A stretch of 53,176 bases of DNA from a virus (IMGVR_UViG_3300049172_000079:1-53176); one strand, 5' to 3'. Positions 27,301-36,586 are shown, numbered from the stretch's first letter. Program-made: numbers and translations. The notes: generated from the letters alone by a model not told the origin.

Positions 27301-28183
27301 AGGTGCGGCCCACCGAGTCTGCGAACGAGGCTGCGGCGACGGTCTGGGCGGTGAAGTCCGGGTTCGCCACCACGGTGCCGTTGATGCCGTTGCGGATCTC
27401 GGCGGCGTGGGCGCGGCCGAGCGGCAGCGTGAACGTGAAGCCGGTGGCATTGCCGATCCGCAAGTTCGCCGTGCTGTTGAAGACGCTGGTGGTGCCGGAC
27501 TGGACGACCGGGTCCCCGAGCTGCACCCACGGCCCGTCGAGCGTCGCCGCGGTGTAGAACGTGACCGTGTTGCCCGACGCGCCGTTGTTGACGTCCAGGG
27601 TCACCCGCAGCGCCATGCGGCCGTTCGGCCCCGGGATGGTCGGCGCGATCGTCGACGACGCCGACAGACTGTTGGTGCCGTCCGCCGACCACTCGAAATA
27701 CACCCGGCCCAGCCGCGTCCCCAGGAACCACGACTTCTGCCCGGTGAACCCGAATTTGCCGATCAACTCGACGGTGGCGCCGGAGAAGACGGGCGGGATC
27801 CAGTTCGCCAGCGACGCATCAACACGCACGTCCAGGTCGCCAGTGATGTCCAGGGCGGCCGCATCCGGCGTCTCGGCGTAGTCCAGCGTGCTGGTGCCCG
27901 GCAGGTCGAGGTACGTCTCACCGGTCATCACCGAGACGCGTACCGGGGTGTTCCGGCCGGTCTGCCCGTAGTACGCGCCGGCCGGGTTGCGGGGGGTGAA
28001 CGCGCCGTCGTTGTTGTCGAGGGTGAACGAGCAGCTGGAGGTGTCGACCTGCTGCCCCCAGTCCGAGCGTCCGCGCCGGATACGGATCTGCTGCTCAGCC
28101 CGCACCCGCGTCGTCACATCGGTCCACGTCGAGCCGAGCCGCAACTCCGCCTTGATCGGCAGAGGGGTCTCCGGGAACGTCAT
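24341..28183 (-). CDS. Large multidomain minor tail protein with lectin/CBM-like inserts
   Basis: WTDVT...I.RGR...FTLDN.DG.FTP hub-like start, YWPMED, CBM-like NYDFE..LTGW; follows the tape measure gene. Confidence 0.85.
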   Translation of the reverse strand: MTFPETPLPIKAELRLGSTWTDVTTRVRAEQQIRIRRGRSDWGQQVDTSSCSFTLDNNDGAFTPRNPAGAYYGQTGRNTPVRVSVMTGETYLDLPGTSTLDYAETPDAAALDITGDLDVRVDASLANWIPPVFSGATVELIGKFGFTGQKSWFLGTRLGRVYFEWSADGTNSLSASSTIAPTIPGPNGRMALRVTLDVNNGASGNTVTFYTAATLDGPWVQLGDPVVQSGTTSVFNSTANLRIGNATGFTFTLPLGRAHAAEIRNGINGTVVANPDFTAQTVAAASFADSVGRTWTMSGNSQITNRRTRFVGEVSSWSTRWETKHDVVCNVEASGIMRRLSQGASPARSPMFREFTNAGRTGIVSYWPMEDESGATRFASGLDGQPAMVIPSSGGVAPAAYSGWAASAPLPTFSFGTTRVAVAPYTATNYVFTRFFAAVPAAGVTGTDRLFTIVTTGTARSWAVWINTAGDLDLRAYDSDGTQIIATGFDPVAINGKNVQIGVELTQDGADVDATLFVFYVDESSLEEIVSGGVATTLAANTIGAATEARLGFSGLLNGTALGHVTVASSNSAFADTIGAMVAWAGEVTSERLYRLGVEELTPCFAASISEEQMGAQGLSAILDLMREAADADEGILHESRDWYPAFRFRDRPSMYNQAPAMTLDYTGDDGLVTPLDPVDDDQSVRNDRTVQRTGGSSTRRTLDTGALSTQAPPNGVGRYDDSQTRSLYTDAQTGEHAGWLLHLGTWDETRYPVVRVNLAAAPHMIEAATSVDIGDRMDIANPPSWLPPDLIELMVQGYSEVFDQFTWTIDFNATPYGPWHVAVEALGSDGVYDRVDTDGSVLVEDLTTSETAVGVRTTTGPVWVQAAPSLITNYDFEVDLTGWTGNGCTAERGPTPGNAPFGGEWSLKLTPDGVAEFPNVGATMVPVTEGRDYTLSGWQMSETTRSVDLNLNWFDAGGNYLSTSANGQALVADEWTWFETTATAPAGAAFGNGSPTVPDFPTPDEILWSDMVTLRPTISTELPQEFPFEVRVGGETMRVDACTPAVYDTFDRTTAAGWGTAESGGAWTVVGTAADYSTAPNVGSVAQPSTGIAHLTLQPAPSADVDLVVDCAVSALATGASLFTGPIVRAADNNNHYSARVDFTTSNTIAITLRKRVAGVETQLGTYTTPITHVAGSYVRVRLQAFGSTIRTKIWRTTDQEPDVWRISVTDTDLTAAANIGTRSFRNTGNTNAGLSMRFQNFELINPQTMTVVRSMNGISKTHSSGAAVALAHPAYTSL

Positions 28184-31100
28184 CAGCCAGCCCCCTGCCC
28201 CAGCGACCGCTGAACGCTGCCGCCCCGGTTCGCGATCTCCTTACGCAGCGGGTCGAAGATCTGCTGCGCCACGACACGGCCGTCCAGGGTGATCGTCTGG
28301 TGCACGACGATCGGCTGCGCCCCGCCTCCGGCCGGCATGGGCGCGTACCGTGCGCCGCCGCCGCGCTGGGGGGTGTTGAGCATGGAGGACCAGGCGCCCT
28401 GCTGCATCATGCGGCGGGTGTCCGGCCCGGAGTACACCCGGCTGCCGAACGGCAGCCTGACGAGCTCGGGCTCGTGCTCGCCGACCATGGTCCACGAGCC
28501 GCGGGCCCCGCCCGATGCGGCGCCGATGATGCCGCCCGCGGCTTTCATCCCGAAGCCCTTCTCGACCATCTTCTCCATCGCCGACGCGAGCTTGTCCATG
28601 GACGAGGTGAGCTTCGACTGCTGGCGGGCGAGCTTGTCGACCAGCTTGTCCTGCATCGCGATCGCCGTCTTGTACACCGCATCCGACGTCGTCTTGCCCG
28701 CCGACGTCGCCGAGCTGTTGATCTGCGACTGCAGCGAGTTCATCGACTTGATCTCCGACGACGACGCGTTCAACAGCGCACCCGCCGTCTCCAGGCCGCC
28801 GCCGTCGATGCCGGCCTCAGCGATCTGCTGCAGCAGCTTCGGGTCGAGACCCTTCTTCTTCAGGTCGGCGAGCGCTGTCGAGAAGCTGGTGGCTTTGTCG
28901 CGGGAGGCGGTGAGGCCGCCCATGACCGAGGCGACGGTGACGGGGCCGTCGCCCTGCCGCTTGGTGATGTTCGCCGAAGAGAGGATGCCGGACTTCACCG
29001 AGTCGGCGAGGGACGCGGCGGCCTGCTTCAGCGAGTCGAGCTTGCTCCGTGCGGTCTCAAGGCTCTTGTTCACCGACGTGAGTTGCTTCTCGTAGGTGAG
29101 GAGCTTCTTGCCGGTGGAGTCGAGTGCCTTGAGGAGGTTCTTCTCGGTGCTGCCGTGCGTGGCGGCCCGGATCTTGGACGCCCACTGGTTCAGGTTGTCG
29201 ATCAGCGACCGCATGCTGTCCGGGTTGCCGAGCTCGGACCGGAACTCGGAGCGCTGGTGCCCAGCGAACTGCCCAAACCGGCTGATCGTCAGATCACCGC
29301 GGGCGTCCTTCCGGGCCTGCGCCTCCGCCTTGGACACCTTGCCGCCCCGCGCGAACGCGGCGACCTTGAGGGTGCCGCGGTTGACGGCGTCCATGAACCC
29401 TTCGCCGTACCGGCGCACGCTCGCCGCGCGGATCACGTACTCGCCAGCGGAGAGCATCGCCGGGATGCTGTCCGACGTTTCGCTCCCCGGCCCCACCACG
29501 CGGCCGCCGTCGGGTGAGCCGCCGCCCGCGAGGCGGATCGGGCCACCCTGCGCCCGGAAGCGCGGCTGGTTCTGCGACTCCACCACGCGCTGGTACACGT
29601 TGATGTACGCAGTGCCGACGACGTTGCCGCTGATCGCGCGCACAGCTGCGTCGAAGAAGCTGCGGTTTGCGCCGATCCCGACCTTCTTACCCGGGAGCTT
29701 CGTGCCGTTGACATTCTTCGCCGTGCCGAAGAACTGGCGCGCGTCGGCCGTGATGCTGGCCTCGGCCTTCTTCCTGTCGTACGCGTCCAGCTGGGAGCGG
29801 GCGTCCCGCAGCGCGGCCTCAGCCTCCGACTTGTCCGCGGACAGCTTCGCCTTCCGCTCCCGCGTGAGGTTCTTGTCGTTCAGCTTCTCCTTGATGCTGC
29901 TGAGGTTCGCCTCTGCCTGCTTGACGTCGAGCGTGAGCTTCGCCCTGCCCAACTTGTCGTTGGCCGTGGTGGCGAACTCGCCGATCTTCCCGTTGACCCC
30001 GTCGAGGGTCTCCTTCGCGCCCGTGGCCCACTCGTCGAACCGCTCGTTCGACGCCTTCAGCGCCTCGCCGATACCGGGGATGTTCCCGAACGCCATCGCC
30101 AGACCGGAGATGACGAGGTCGGCGGAATCGATCGCCGTCTTCGCCATCAGGGTGAAGCCGGAGCTGAGCAGCGGCAGCCACTGGATGCCGGTGTTCACCA
30201 TGTCGATGATCGTCTGGCCGACCATGACGAACGCCCCGCGGATCTGGGTCTCGTGCTCCTGCACCCAGTTCGACAGGCCCCGGAAGCCCTCGCCCAGGGT
30301 GGACACGTCAACGCCGGAGACTGCGAGCAGGGACTCGACGAGGGCGCCGCCGAGGACGCTCGCAAGATCACCGGCCACCTCGAAGCCGATCCGGCCGACC
30401 TCGTTGAACGACCTGAACACGTCGGCGAGGATGTGCATGGTGGGCTCGACGCCCTCCAGCGCCCCCTCAAAGACCGTCGCGAAGCCTTCGAGAGCCAGAC
30501 CCGCCCCACGGAAGGCTTCGCCGAGCAGCGGCCCGAACGTCTCAGTGAAGGCGCCCGCGATCTTCCCCAACGACGGCAGCAAGCTGTCGTTGATCATCGA
30601 CGCCAAGCCGCCGAGCAACTCCGACGAGCCGCCGATGCCCTGCTCCAGCCCGTCGAACATGCCTGGCAGGCCGGTGTCGAGGAAGCCGCCCAGGAGGCTG
30701 TCCCACGCGTCCAGGGCGGGCTGCGACTTGGCACCGAACTCCAGGAACGCCTGCGTGAACGAGCCGATCGACCCGGCGAAGTCCTCGAACCACGCGCTGC
30801 CCATCTTGACGTTGGTCAGCAGCGCCGACTGGAACGCTGGGCTGTCGGCGAAGCGGCTGGCCTTCTCCGTGATCCGGCCGAAGGTGTCCGCCCCGGTCTC
30901 GATGACCGGGGTCAGGTCCTTCATCGCCCCCTTGAGGGACTTGACGGCCTTCTCCGTGTGCGGGGCGACGGCCTTCTCGGCGACCTTCCGCCAGTCCTCG
31001 AACGCCGGCTTGAGCTCCTTCGCCTTCGCCTTGAGGTCGTCGAGCGCCAGCGCCCCACCACCGACGACGGCCGTCATCCCGAACAGCATCGGCGACAGCG

Positions 31101-31362
31101 CGCCGATCGTCGGCAGCAACGTCGTACCCAGAGCCGCCGCAGCGGCGATCGCCTTCCCCCGCAACCCCATACCGCCACCGAGGGACTGGCCGGCGTCCGA
31201 GGCCGCGTTGGAGACGTTGCCGAGCTGCCCGCCGACGATGCGCAGCGAGCCGCCCATCTGGTTGGCCTGCCGTTGCAGCTGGTTGAGGTTGCGGTGGACG
31301 GAGTGGAAGCCCGGTCCGGTGAGGTCCCGGACGTGAACGGTGATTGTGACGTCGTCAGCCAC
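28183..31362 (-). CDS. Tape measure protein
   Basis: 1059 aa, Ala/Gly-rich helical; GPGSETSDSIPAMLSAGEYV and VGEHEPEL motifs; follows the chaperones. Confidence 0.9.
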   Translation of the reverse strand: MADDVTITVHVRDLTGPGFHSVHRNLNQLQRQANQMGGSLRIVGGQLGNVSNAASDAGQSLGGGMGLRGKAIAAAAALGTTLLPTIGALSPMLFGMTAVVGGGALALDDLKAKAKELKPAFEDWRKVAEKAVAPHTEKAVKSLKGAMKDLTPVIETGADTFGRITEKASRFADSPAFQSALLTNVKMGSAWFEDFAGSIGSFTQAFLEFGAKSQPALDAWDSLLGGFLDTGLPGMFDGLEQGIGGSSELLGGLASMINDSLLPSLGKIAGAFTETFGPLLGEAFRGAGLALEGFATVFEGALEGVEPTMHILADVFRSFNEVGRIGFEVAGDLASVLGGALVESLLAVSGVDVSTLGEGFRGLSNWVQEHETQIRGAFVMVGQTIIDMVNTGIQWLPLLSSGFTLMAKTAIDSADLVISGLAMAFGNIPGIGEALKASNERFDEWATGAKETLDGVNGKIGEFATTANDKLGRAKLTLDVKQAEANLSSIKEKLNDKNLTRERKAKLSADKSEAEAALRDARSQLDAYDRKKAEASITADARQFFGTAKNVNGTKLPGKKVGIGANRSFFDAAVRAISGNVVGTAYINVYQRVVESQNQPRFRAQGGPIRLAGGGSPDGGRVVGPGSETSDSIPAMLSAGEYVIRAASVRRYGEGFMDAVNRGTLKVAAFARGGKVSKAEAQARKDARGDLTISRFGQFAGHQRSEFRSELGNPDSMRSLIDNLNQWASKIRAATHGSTEKNLLKALDSTGKKLLTYEKQLTSVNKSLETARSKLDSLKQAAASLADSVKSGILSSANITKRQGDGPVTVASVMGGLTASRDKATSFSTALADLKKKGLDPKLLQQIAEAGIDGGGLETAGALLNASSSEIKSMNSLQSQINSSATSAGKTTSDAVYKTAIAMQDKLVDKLARQQSKLTSSMDKLASAMEKMVEKGFGMKAAGGIIGAASGGARGSWTMVGEHEPELVRLPFGSRVYSGPDTRRMMQQGAWSSMLNTPQRGGGARYAPMPAGGGAQPIVVHQTITLDGRVVAQQIFDPLRKEIANRGGSVQRSLGQGAG

Positions 31363-31597
31363 CCGGGGCCCCTTCCTCGATCGGTGTGTCAGGTGTGCCG
31401 AGCCGCTCGATGTTGACGAGGCGGAGCAGCTCGGTGTCTTCCTCCAGCAAGGAGGTCAGCGTGTAGCCCGGGAACCGTTCCAGGAGCCCGAGCAGGTGCC
31501 GGGCGCGGGTCAGCTCGCCAGGCTCTCCGACAGTGCTTCCATCGGGATGGACTCCACCGGGGACGGCTCGCCAGAGGGCGAGCTCTGCGGCAAAGGG
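31355..31597 (-). CDS. Tail assembly chaperone, -1 frameshift extension
   Basis: Open -1 frame from the slippery site to the tape measure start. Confidence 0.7.
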   Translation of the reverse strand, partial: PFAAELALWRAVPGGVHPDGSTVGEPGELTRARHLLGLLERFPGYTLTSLLEEDTELLRLVNIERLGTPDTPIEEGAPGG

Positions 31598-31902
31598 TCC
31601 GCATCGTGGACCCCCACGATCGACTGGAGCCAGGCGGTCTTCAGCGCGGTCACGAGGCTCGTGTCGACCTGCCGGAGACCCTCCGGCGTGGCCGGGATGG
31701 GCTGGTCGTCTTCGTCCGTGAGGTTCCAGGAGACGAGCCGCGCGCCGAACTCGGCGAGGGCGTTGTCCTCGTCGCTCTCGATGATGGCTTCCCACTCGCC
31801 GAGGGACATGCGGCGGGCGCGTGCTTCGGCGCCGTGGTGCTCGTGCCCCTCGGCGAAGACGATCCGCACCGCGCGGGGTGTGCCCTTGTAGCCCATGGTC
31901 AT
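31510..31902 (-). CDS. Tail assembly chaperone
   Basis: LVSWNLTDEDDQPIPATPEG; AAGGAG RBS; position before the tape measure gene. Confidence 0.8.
   Translation of the reverse strand: MTMGYKGTPRAVRIVFAEGHEHHGAEARARRMSLGEWEAIIESDEDNALAEFGARLVSWNLTDEDDQPIPATPEGLRQVDTSLVTALKTAWLQSIVGVHDADPLPQSSPSGEPSPVESIPMEALSESLAS
31591..31597 (-). other. -1 ribosomal slippery heptamer C CCT TTG
   Basis: X XXY YYZ in the correct phase. Confidence 0.7.
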
Positions 31903-31927
31903 AGCTCCTTTGAGGCGAACGAGCAGG

Positions 31928-32335
31928 TCAGGCCCATGTGGGCACGACGCCATCAGCAAGGGATCCGGGGGCACTCCACGTGAGTTCGCCGCTGTCGGAG
32001 CGGGAGAGCTGGTAGTCGGAGAACAGCATCTCCATGGGGAGCGTGACGCCGTTGATGGTGTTCGTGCAGGTCCGCGCCACCGAGGTGGAGGGCACGGTCT
32101 TGAAGACGTCGTGCTGCCGGTTCGCTGCCGGGTTGTGCACGCCGTTGTAGGTGACGGACCCGTCAGCGAGCAGCAGGAGCCGCTCGTTCGCGGACTTGTC
32201 GACGCCGGTGACGTCCTGAACGCCGCGGGGCGTGGACATCTGCCAGTTGGTGATGTCGTTGCGGATGTCGCGCGGCGTACCGCTCGCGTCGTCCACAGAG
32301 AGTGTCGTTTGTCCCAATCCGGTGCTCTTGGCCAT
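31928..32335 (-). CDS. Major tail (tube) protein
   Basis: MAKSTGLG...DVTGVDKSANERLLLLADG; position before the chaperone. Confidence 0.7.
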   Translation of the reverse strand: MAKSTGLGQTTLSVDDASGTPRDIRNDITNWQMSTPRGVQDVTGVDKSANERLLLLADGSVTYNGVHNPAANRQHDVFKTVPSTSVARTCTNTINGVTLPMEMLFSDYQLSRSDSGELTWSAPGSLADGVVPTWA

Positions 32336-32341
32336 AGCTGG

Positions 32342-32815
32342 TCACCCCTTCTTCTGCTCGTCGGCGAGCCTCTGCTGGTGCTCGGCGAAGTCCTCAACCC
32401 AGTTCTCCGGCCGCTGGTGCAGCCGAGCTTTCGTGCCGCGCGGGTTACCGCGGTGGTCCCCATCGCGCACGAGAAACAGCGGCGGCCGGCCGAGCGGCGC
32501 CCGGTGCGTGGCCGCCTTGAAACACGGCTGACCCGCGTCGAACACCAGCCACGTCTCGCCCTCGGCGACGCGCTGCTCGCGGTACCGGTACGGCACCTGG
32601 CGGCCGTTGACCGCGACCCGCGCGGTCTTGGCCGTGTGCAGCAGGTCCGGTGTGAGGTTCTCGACTCGGACCTGCCAGCCGTTCAAGTAGTGCTCGCATC
32701 CGACCTCGGCGCACGTGGCCTGCCGCATGTGCGTGGAGATCGGGGACACCATGGCGTACGTCTTATAGGCGTGCGCGGGCATCAGCGGGTCGATGCGGAA
32801 GAGCTGTGCGGTCAT
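32342..32815 (-). CDS. Tail-region hypothetical protein
   Basis: 157 aa; C-x4-C...C...H. Confidence 0.65.
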   Translation of the reverse strand: MTAQLFRIDPLMPAHAYKTYAMVSPISTHMRQATCAEVGCEHYLNGWQVRVENLTPDLLHTAKTARVAVNGRQVPYRYREQRVAEGETWLVFDAGQPCFKAATHRAPLGRPPLFLVRDGDHRGNPRGTKARLHQRPENWVEDFAEHQQRLADEQKKG

Positions 32816-33567
32816 CAGAAGGTCACCTCCTCAACCTCGTTCTTGATGAAGTTCACGGCGAACGACAGGGTGGTGAAGCCGCCGGTGGTCTCGGTGATGA
32901 CGCGGACGTAGCGGCGGATCGTGTCCGTGTTGGCGATCGAAATCCGTTCCGACGTCGGCCCGGCCGTGATCTCCGTGAAGGCCAGCCCGGTGACGTCGGC
33001 GAACGTGGCGTTGTCCGCGCTGTCTTGGATCTTCACCGTCGCGTCCGTGCCGTCGAACGCGAACACCTGCAGGTACGCCTGGCCGCCGAAGTCGGCAGAC
33101 GCCGCCGTGTCGATGCCCGTGCCGTCGGTGGCCTCCGTGTCGGTACGAACCCCAGCGGTGAGCTGCCGTCCCCACTCGATGCCGTACCCGTTCGCCTGCG
33201 CCGAGACGGTGAAGGTGATCATGCCGTCGTCACCACGCTGCGGGTCGTAGCCCACCTGCTTACCCACCAGCGACGCCGCCGGAGCCCCAAGCGTCGTGCC
33301 GCGGCAGTAGGTGAAGATCACGTCTGTGCGCGGCAGCGCAGATAGCTTCTCGTGGGTCTGGTCGACATCCGGGTCGGTGTTGAAGAACGTCGTCATCTCG
33401 AAAGCACCGTCGCGGAGACCGCCCTTGCGCTCGTAAGCGCTCTTGTCGATGCCGGTCATGTTGAGCAGTGCGGGGCCGCCACCGATGCGGCCGAGCTGCT
33501 GAATGTCGCCGGAGGCGTTGAACCCTGCGATGTGCAGGCCGTCTCCGAGCCCGGATTCCTTGGCCAC
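32815..33567 (-). CDS. Tail-tube paralog with C-terminal beta domain
   Basis: MAKESGLG...MTGIDKSAYERKGGLRDG resembles 31928..32335. Confidence 0.65.
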   Translation of the reverse strand: MAKESGLGDGLHIAGFNASGDIQQLGRIGGGPALLNMTGIDKSAYERKGGLRDGAFEMTTFFNTDPDVDQTHEKLSALPRTDVIFTYCRGTTLGAPAASLVGKQVGYDPQRGDDGMITFTVSAQANGYGIEWGRQLTAGVRTDTEATDGTGIDTAASADFGGQAYLQVFAFDGTDATVKIQDSADNATFADVTGLAFTEITAGPTSERISIANTDTIRRYVRVITETTGGFTTLSFAVNFIKNEVEEVTF

Positions 33568-34025
33568 TACGCCTCCTGGTCCCAGAGATCGTTCACGATG
33601 AGCGGAAGAGTGATCGTCATAACCCGGTACTCCGCCCCGCCCTCGGAGAGGTAGCCGGCGCGAGCCGACAGGGGGTCGCCGTAGGCGCCGAGGAGGTCGA
33701 CCTGGCGGACGAGGCCGCCGAGGGTGAAGTCGCCGGAGTAGGCGGCCATGAGCCAGTCGAGGGCTTCCATGAGGGCCGGGTCGATGGTGTCCGGCTCCTG
33801 CTGCCAGAGGGGCGTGTACAGGCGCACGTACAGGGCGAGCCGGGTCGACGTGGAGTTCAGCCCCGAGCCGCCGCGTGCGGGGCCGATCTGCTCGACCCAC
33901 ATCGCGCAGGTGATGCCGCTGGGGGGCGGGGATTTCGGTTCGTGGCCGTTGACCGCTGCGAAGAACCCCGATGCCAGGGCGTGTGATTCGGCTGCGCTGA
34001 ACACTGTGCGGATGTCGAGGGCCAT
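33567..34025 (-). CDS. Tail terminator-like protein
   Basis: Size and position; V.GHEPKS.P and DFTLGG motifs. Confidence 0.65.
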   Translation of the reverse strand: MALDIRTVFSAAESHALASGFFAAVNGHEPKSPPPSGITCAMWVEQIGPARGGSGLNSTSTRLALYVRLYTPLWQQEPDTIDPALMEALDWLMAAYSGDFTLGGLVRQVDLLGAYGDPLSARAGYLSEGGAEYRVMTITLPLIVNDLWDQEA

Positions 34026-34026
34026 G

Positions 34027-34425
34027 TCAGATCAGCCCCCTTGACCGGTACCGGGCCAGGAGCTCGCGGGCGATCTGCGGGGCCTTACGGTCCAGCAGCG
34101 GCCGGGTGCGGCGGAACGTCGCGTAGCCGGGGAACCTGGTCACGGGGCTGTTCCTGCTCCCGGTGCCTTCCAACCAGGGCCCGTAGACCACTCGACCGTC
34201 GTGGACCTTGTAGCTGTCGCCCGCCCTGTCCACGCTGATCTTCGACTGGTAGTAGCCCGTCGGGTGGCGCAGCACCTGCCGCAGACGCTGGTGCACCAAC
34301 CGCTCACCCTCACGCGCCACCTGGTACTCGACGTCGTCCGAGTAGTCGTGCAGCGCGCGGCCCGCCCTGCCGGACGCCCACGGGCCGGAGGCGGAGGAGT
34401 TGACGCGAACATCGAAGCCGGGCAT
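34027..34425 (-). CDS. HK97 gp10-like neck protein
   Basis: TGYYQSKI...YGPWLEG.G. Confidence 0.65.
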   Translation of the reverse strand: MPGFDVRVNSSASGPWASGRAGRALHDYSDDVEYQVAREGERLVHQRLRQVLRHPTGYYQSKISVDRAGDSYKVHDGRVVYGPWLEGTGSRNSPVTRFPGYATFRRTRPLLDRKAPQIARELLARYRSRGLI

Positions 34426-34426
34426 C

Positions 34427-35500
34427 TCAGACCCCCCTGTGTCGGGCCTTGCGGCCGTGCGCGTTGTAGACCTGCTCCCGCAGCGACGGGAGGTCGCGGG
34501 CTACCAGGCCTTGGTCGTTGCTGGAGAGGCCCCCACTGGCGCGCTTGGTGCGGACGTATGCGGCCTGCTCGTTGGTCATCCGGTTGAGGGCCTCGGCGAT
34601 GGTGAGGTCACGGACGAGGCCGGGCGGGTCCCAGCGCACCACGCTGCTCGCGTCGGTGTGCGTTGCCGCGGTGGTGCCGAGCGCGCCGCGGGTCACGGTG
34701 AGGGTGCGGGGGGCGTAGATGGTGGCGCCGGTCGTGTGTGCGGCGAGGACACTGCCGCCGTCCGACCGTTCGACGATGAGGCTGGTTCCGGCGATGTCGA
34801 CGATCAGCATGCGCTCGGCGCCGACGAGGATCGTCTCGTCGACCGCGAAGCCGGACGTGTCGGCGACGGTGACGGTGACGGCGTTCTTCTGCACGGCCAG
34901 GTCCGCGGCGAGGGTTTGCCCGGTGCTGGCCATGGCCCGGCCGGTGACGAGCATCCGCTCGGAGTCGACGCGGAGGACGGAGCCGACGCCGAGTTCGGCG
35001 GACGCCGCGCCGGTCACTGTGACGGTGGTGGCGCTGGTCGACGCCACGGCGGCCGCGAGGGCGCCGACGGTGGTCTCTGCGAGGGGGCAGCCTGCCCACA
35101 GCCCGGTCATGCCGACGTCGCGCTGGTGCGTGCTGCCACCGCCGAGCGCCGCGCTGCTGCCCAGGTTGATCTCGACCCGGTTGTATGGGGGCCCGGATCG
35201 GTTCGGCTCCAGCAGGACGTCGGCCGGGTTGATGGCGATCCCACCGGAGGTGATGGAGGTGAGGGAGATGAGCTCCGAGTCGTCCAGCCAGATACGCCAG
35301 GACGGCCGGTACTGCGAGTCCGGCCAGTTGAAGTACCGGGTGGCTACCGTCGGGTAGAACACGCGGTGGCACAGGCCATCGATGTCACGGCTTGCGGACT
35401 GGAGGGCGCGGTCGATCTGCCGTGCGCTCTTCACCGATGGCTGCGCGTCGATCGCACGCATCACGTCCTCACGCGTCGCGTACACCGGGGGCTGGGTCAT
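34427..35500 (-). CDS. Head-to-tail adaptor with beta-rich insertions
   Basis: YATREDV...ASRDIDGLCHRVFYP N-terminus and helical C-terminus. Confidence 0.7.
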   Translation of the reverse strand: MTQPPVYATREDVMRAIDAQPSVKSARQIDRALQSASRDIDGLCHRVFYPTVATRYFNWPDSQYRPSWRIWLDDSELISLTSITSGGIAINPADVLLEPNRSGPPYNRVEINLGSSAALGGGSTHQRDVGMTGLWAGCPLAETTVGALAAAVASTSATTVTVTGAASAELGVGSVLRVDSERMLVTGRAMASTGQTLAADLAVQKNAVTVTVADTSGFAVDETILVGAERMLIVDIAGTSLIVERSDGGSVLAAHTTGATIYAPRTLTVTRGALGTTAATHTDASSVVRWDPPGLVRDLTIAEALNRMTNEQAAYVRTKRASGGLSSNDQGLVARDLPSLREQVYNAHGRKARHRGV

Positions 35501-35536
35501 CTCTCGTCACCTCCTCTCAGGTCTCGTACGGGCAGG

Positions 35537-35773
35537 TCAGACGCGGGGCGGCCACGTCCAGCAGTGCAGGTGGCCCGACTCGCGGTCGTCGAGGGTCTCG
35601 ACGAAGACGACCGACGTCCGCCACTCGGTGACGTTTCCGTCGGGCAGGACGTGGACGTTGACGGTGGTGTCGTTCCAGACGCGCGTGATGACGGCTGGGG
35701 CGACGTCGGCGCCGTTGTTCTTGGCGGGGTCCATCGGGACGTGGACGACGCGGCCTACGCTCGGTTTCTGCAT
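35537..35773 (-). CDS. Small phage protein
   Basis: PSVGRVVH...PAVITRV...VN..V..DG...WTWPPRV. Confidence 0.65.
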   Translation of the reverse strand: MQKPSVGRVVHVPMDPAKNNGADVAPAVITRVWNDTTVNVHVLPDGNVTEWRTSVVFVETLDDRESGHLHCWTWPPRV

Positions 35774-35774
35774 G

Positions 35775-36185
35775 TCACGGCCTTCCGTGGATGGAGAAGC
35801 TGACCCCGCCGAAGCTGGGGGTGGTGCCGCCGACTTCCCAGCGGATCCGGCCCACGTTGGTCAGGGTGTAGCCGTTGCTGATCTGGCCGTACGTGTAGCC
35901 CGACGTGCTCAGCAGCGCCCCACCGATCGACGTCGCCGCGGACGTCTGCACCCACGTCGTGCCGGTCGCGTCGAGGACGTCGAAGAACACGGCGAGCGTG
36001 GGGTCAGTGCCGGTCGGCGCGTCGGCGGTCGTCACGATCAAGAGACCGTTGCTGATGCGGGAGATGTCGATCGGCCCCGTCAGCCCGGTCGTGGCGTTCG
36101 TCGTCCCGGCCGCCACGTGGTTCGTCGAACTGTCCAAGGTCAACCCGGCGGCCTTGAACAGCTCGTTGTTCCGGTAGGCGCCCAC
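35775..36185 (-). CDS. Putative virion decoration (jelly-roll) protein
   Basis: Beta-rich; GTDPTL.V...RIRW.VGGTTPSF. Confidence 0.55.
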   Translation of the reverse strand: MGAYRNNELFKAAGLTLDSSTNHVAAGTTNATTGLTGPIDISRISNGLLIVTTADAPTGTDPTLAVFFDVLDATGTTWVQTSAATSIGGALLSTSGYTYGQISNGYTLTNVGRIRWEVGGTTPSFGGVSFSIHGRP

Positions 36186-36586
36186 TACTCGCCCGCCTCG
36201 TCAGAGGCAGAGCCGGTCTCCGACGTACCGTCCTCCTGGCCTCCAGCCATCGGACGGGCAGTAGAGGTCTCCGTCCGGGCCTTGCCGGAGCGGCTCCCCG
36301 TCGTTCGGGCACGCTTGGGGCGGGGCTTCTCGCTCGGCTCGGGCGAGCTCTGCTCCTTCTCGGAGGGTGTCGATGAGCTGGTAGAAGCTGATGCCTCCTC
36401 ACTCCCTTCAACGACAGCGCCTGCTGCCTGCTCGCCGGTGGCCGCGTTCGACGGCCCGCCGTGCACGGTGATCTTCGCCATGTCCTGCGCTCCGTCCTCT
36501 ACGTGGTCCCGAGATCCGCACCAGGGGCACCGGGGCAGACCCACCGCGAAGCGGGTCGTGCACCCGGTGCAGTACCTGAGCGCCAT
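36185..36586 (-). CDS. Hypothetical protein (Zn ribbon plus low-complexity tail)
   Basis: CTGC...CPWC; coupled. Confidence 0.55.
   Translation of the reverse strand: MALRYCTGCTTRFAVGLPRCPWCGSRDHVEDGAQDMAKITVHGGPSNAATGEQAAGAVVEGSEEASASTSSSTPSEKEQSSPEPSEKPRPKRARTTGSRSGKARTETSTARPMAGGQEDGTSETGSASDEAGE

Noticed and set aside
29096-31336. 746-aa plus-strand ORF (also 36874..38892, 41220..43079, 26492..28213)
   Set aside because: Antisense shadows of the tape measure, capsid, terminase and tail genes, expected at high GC; no motifs.
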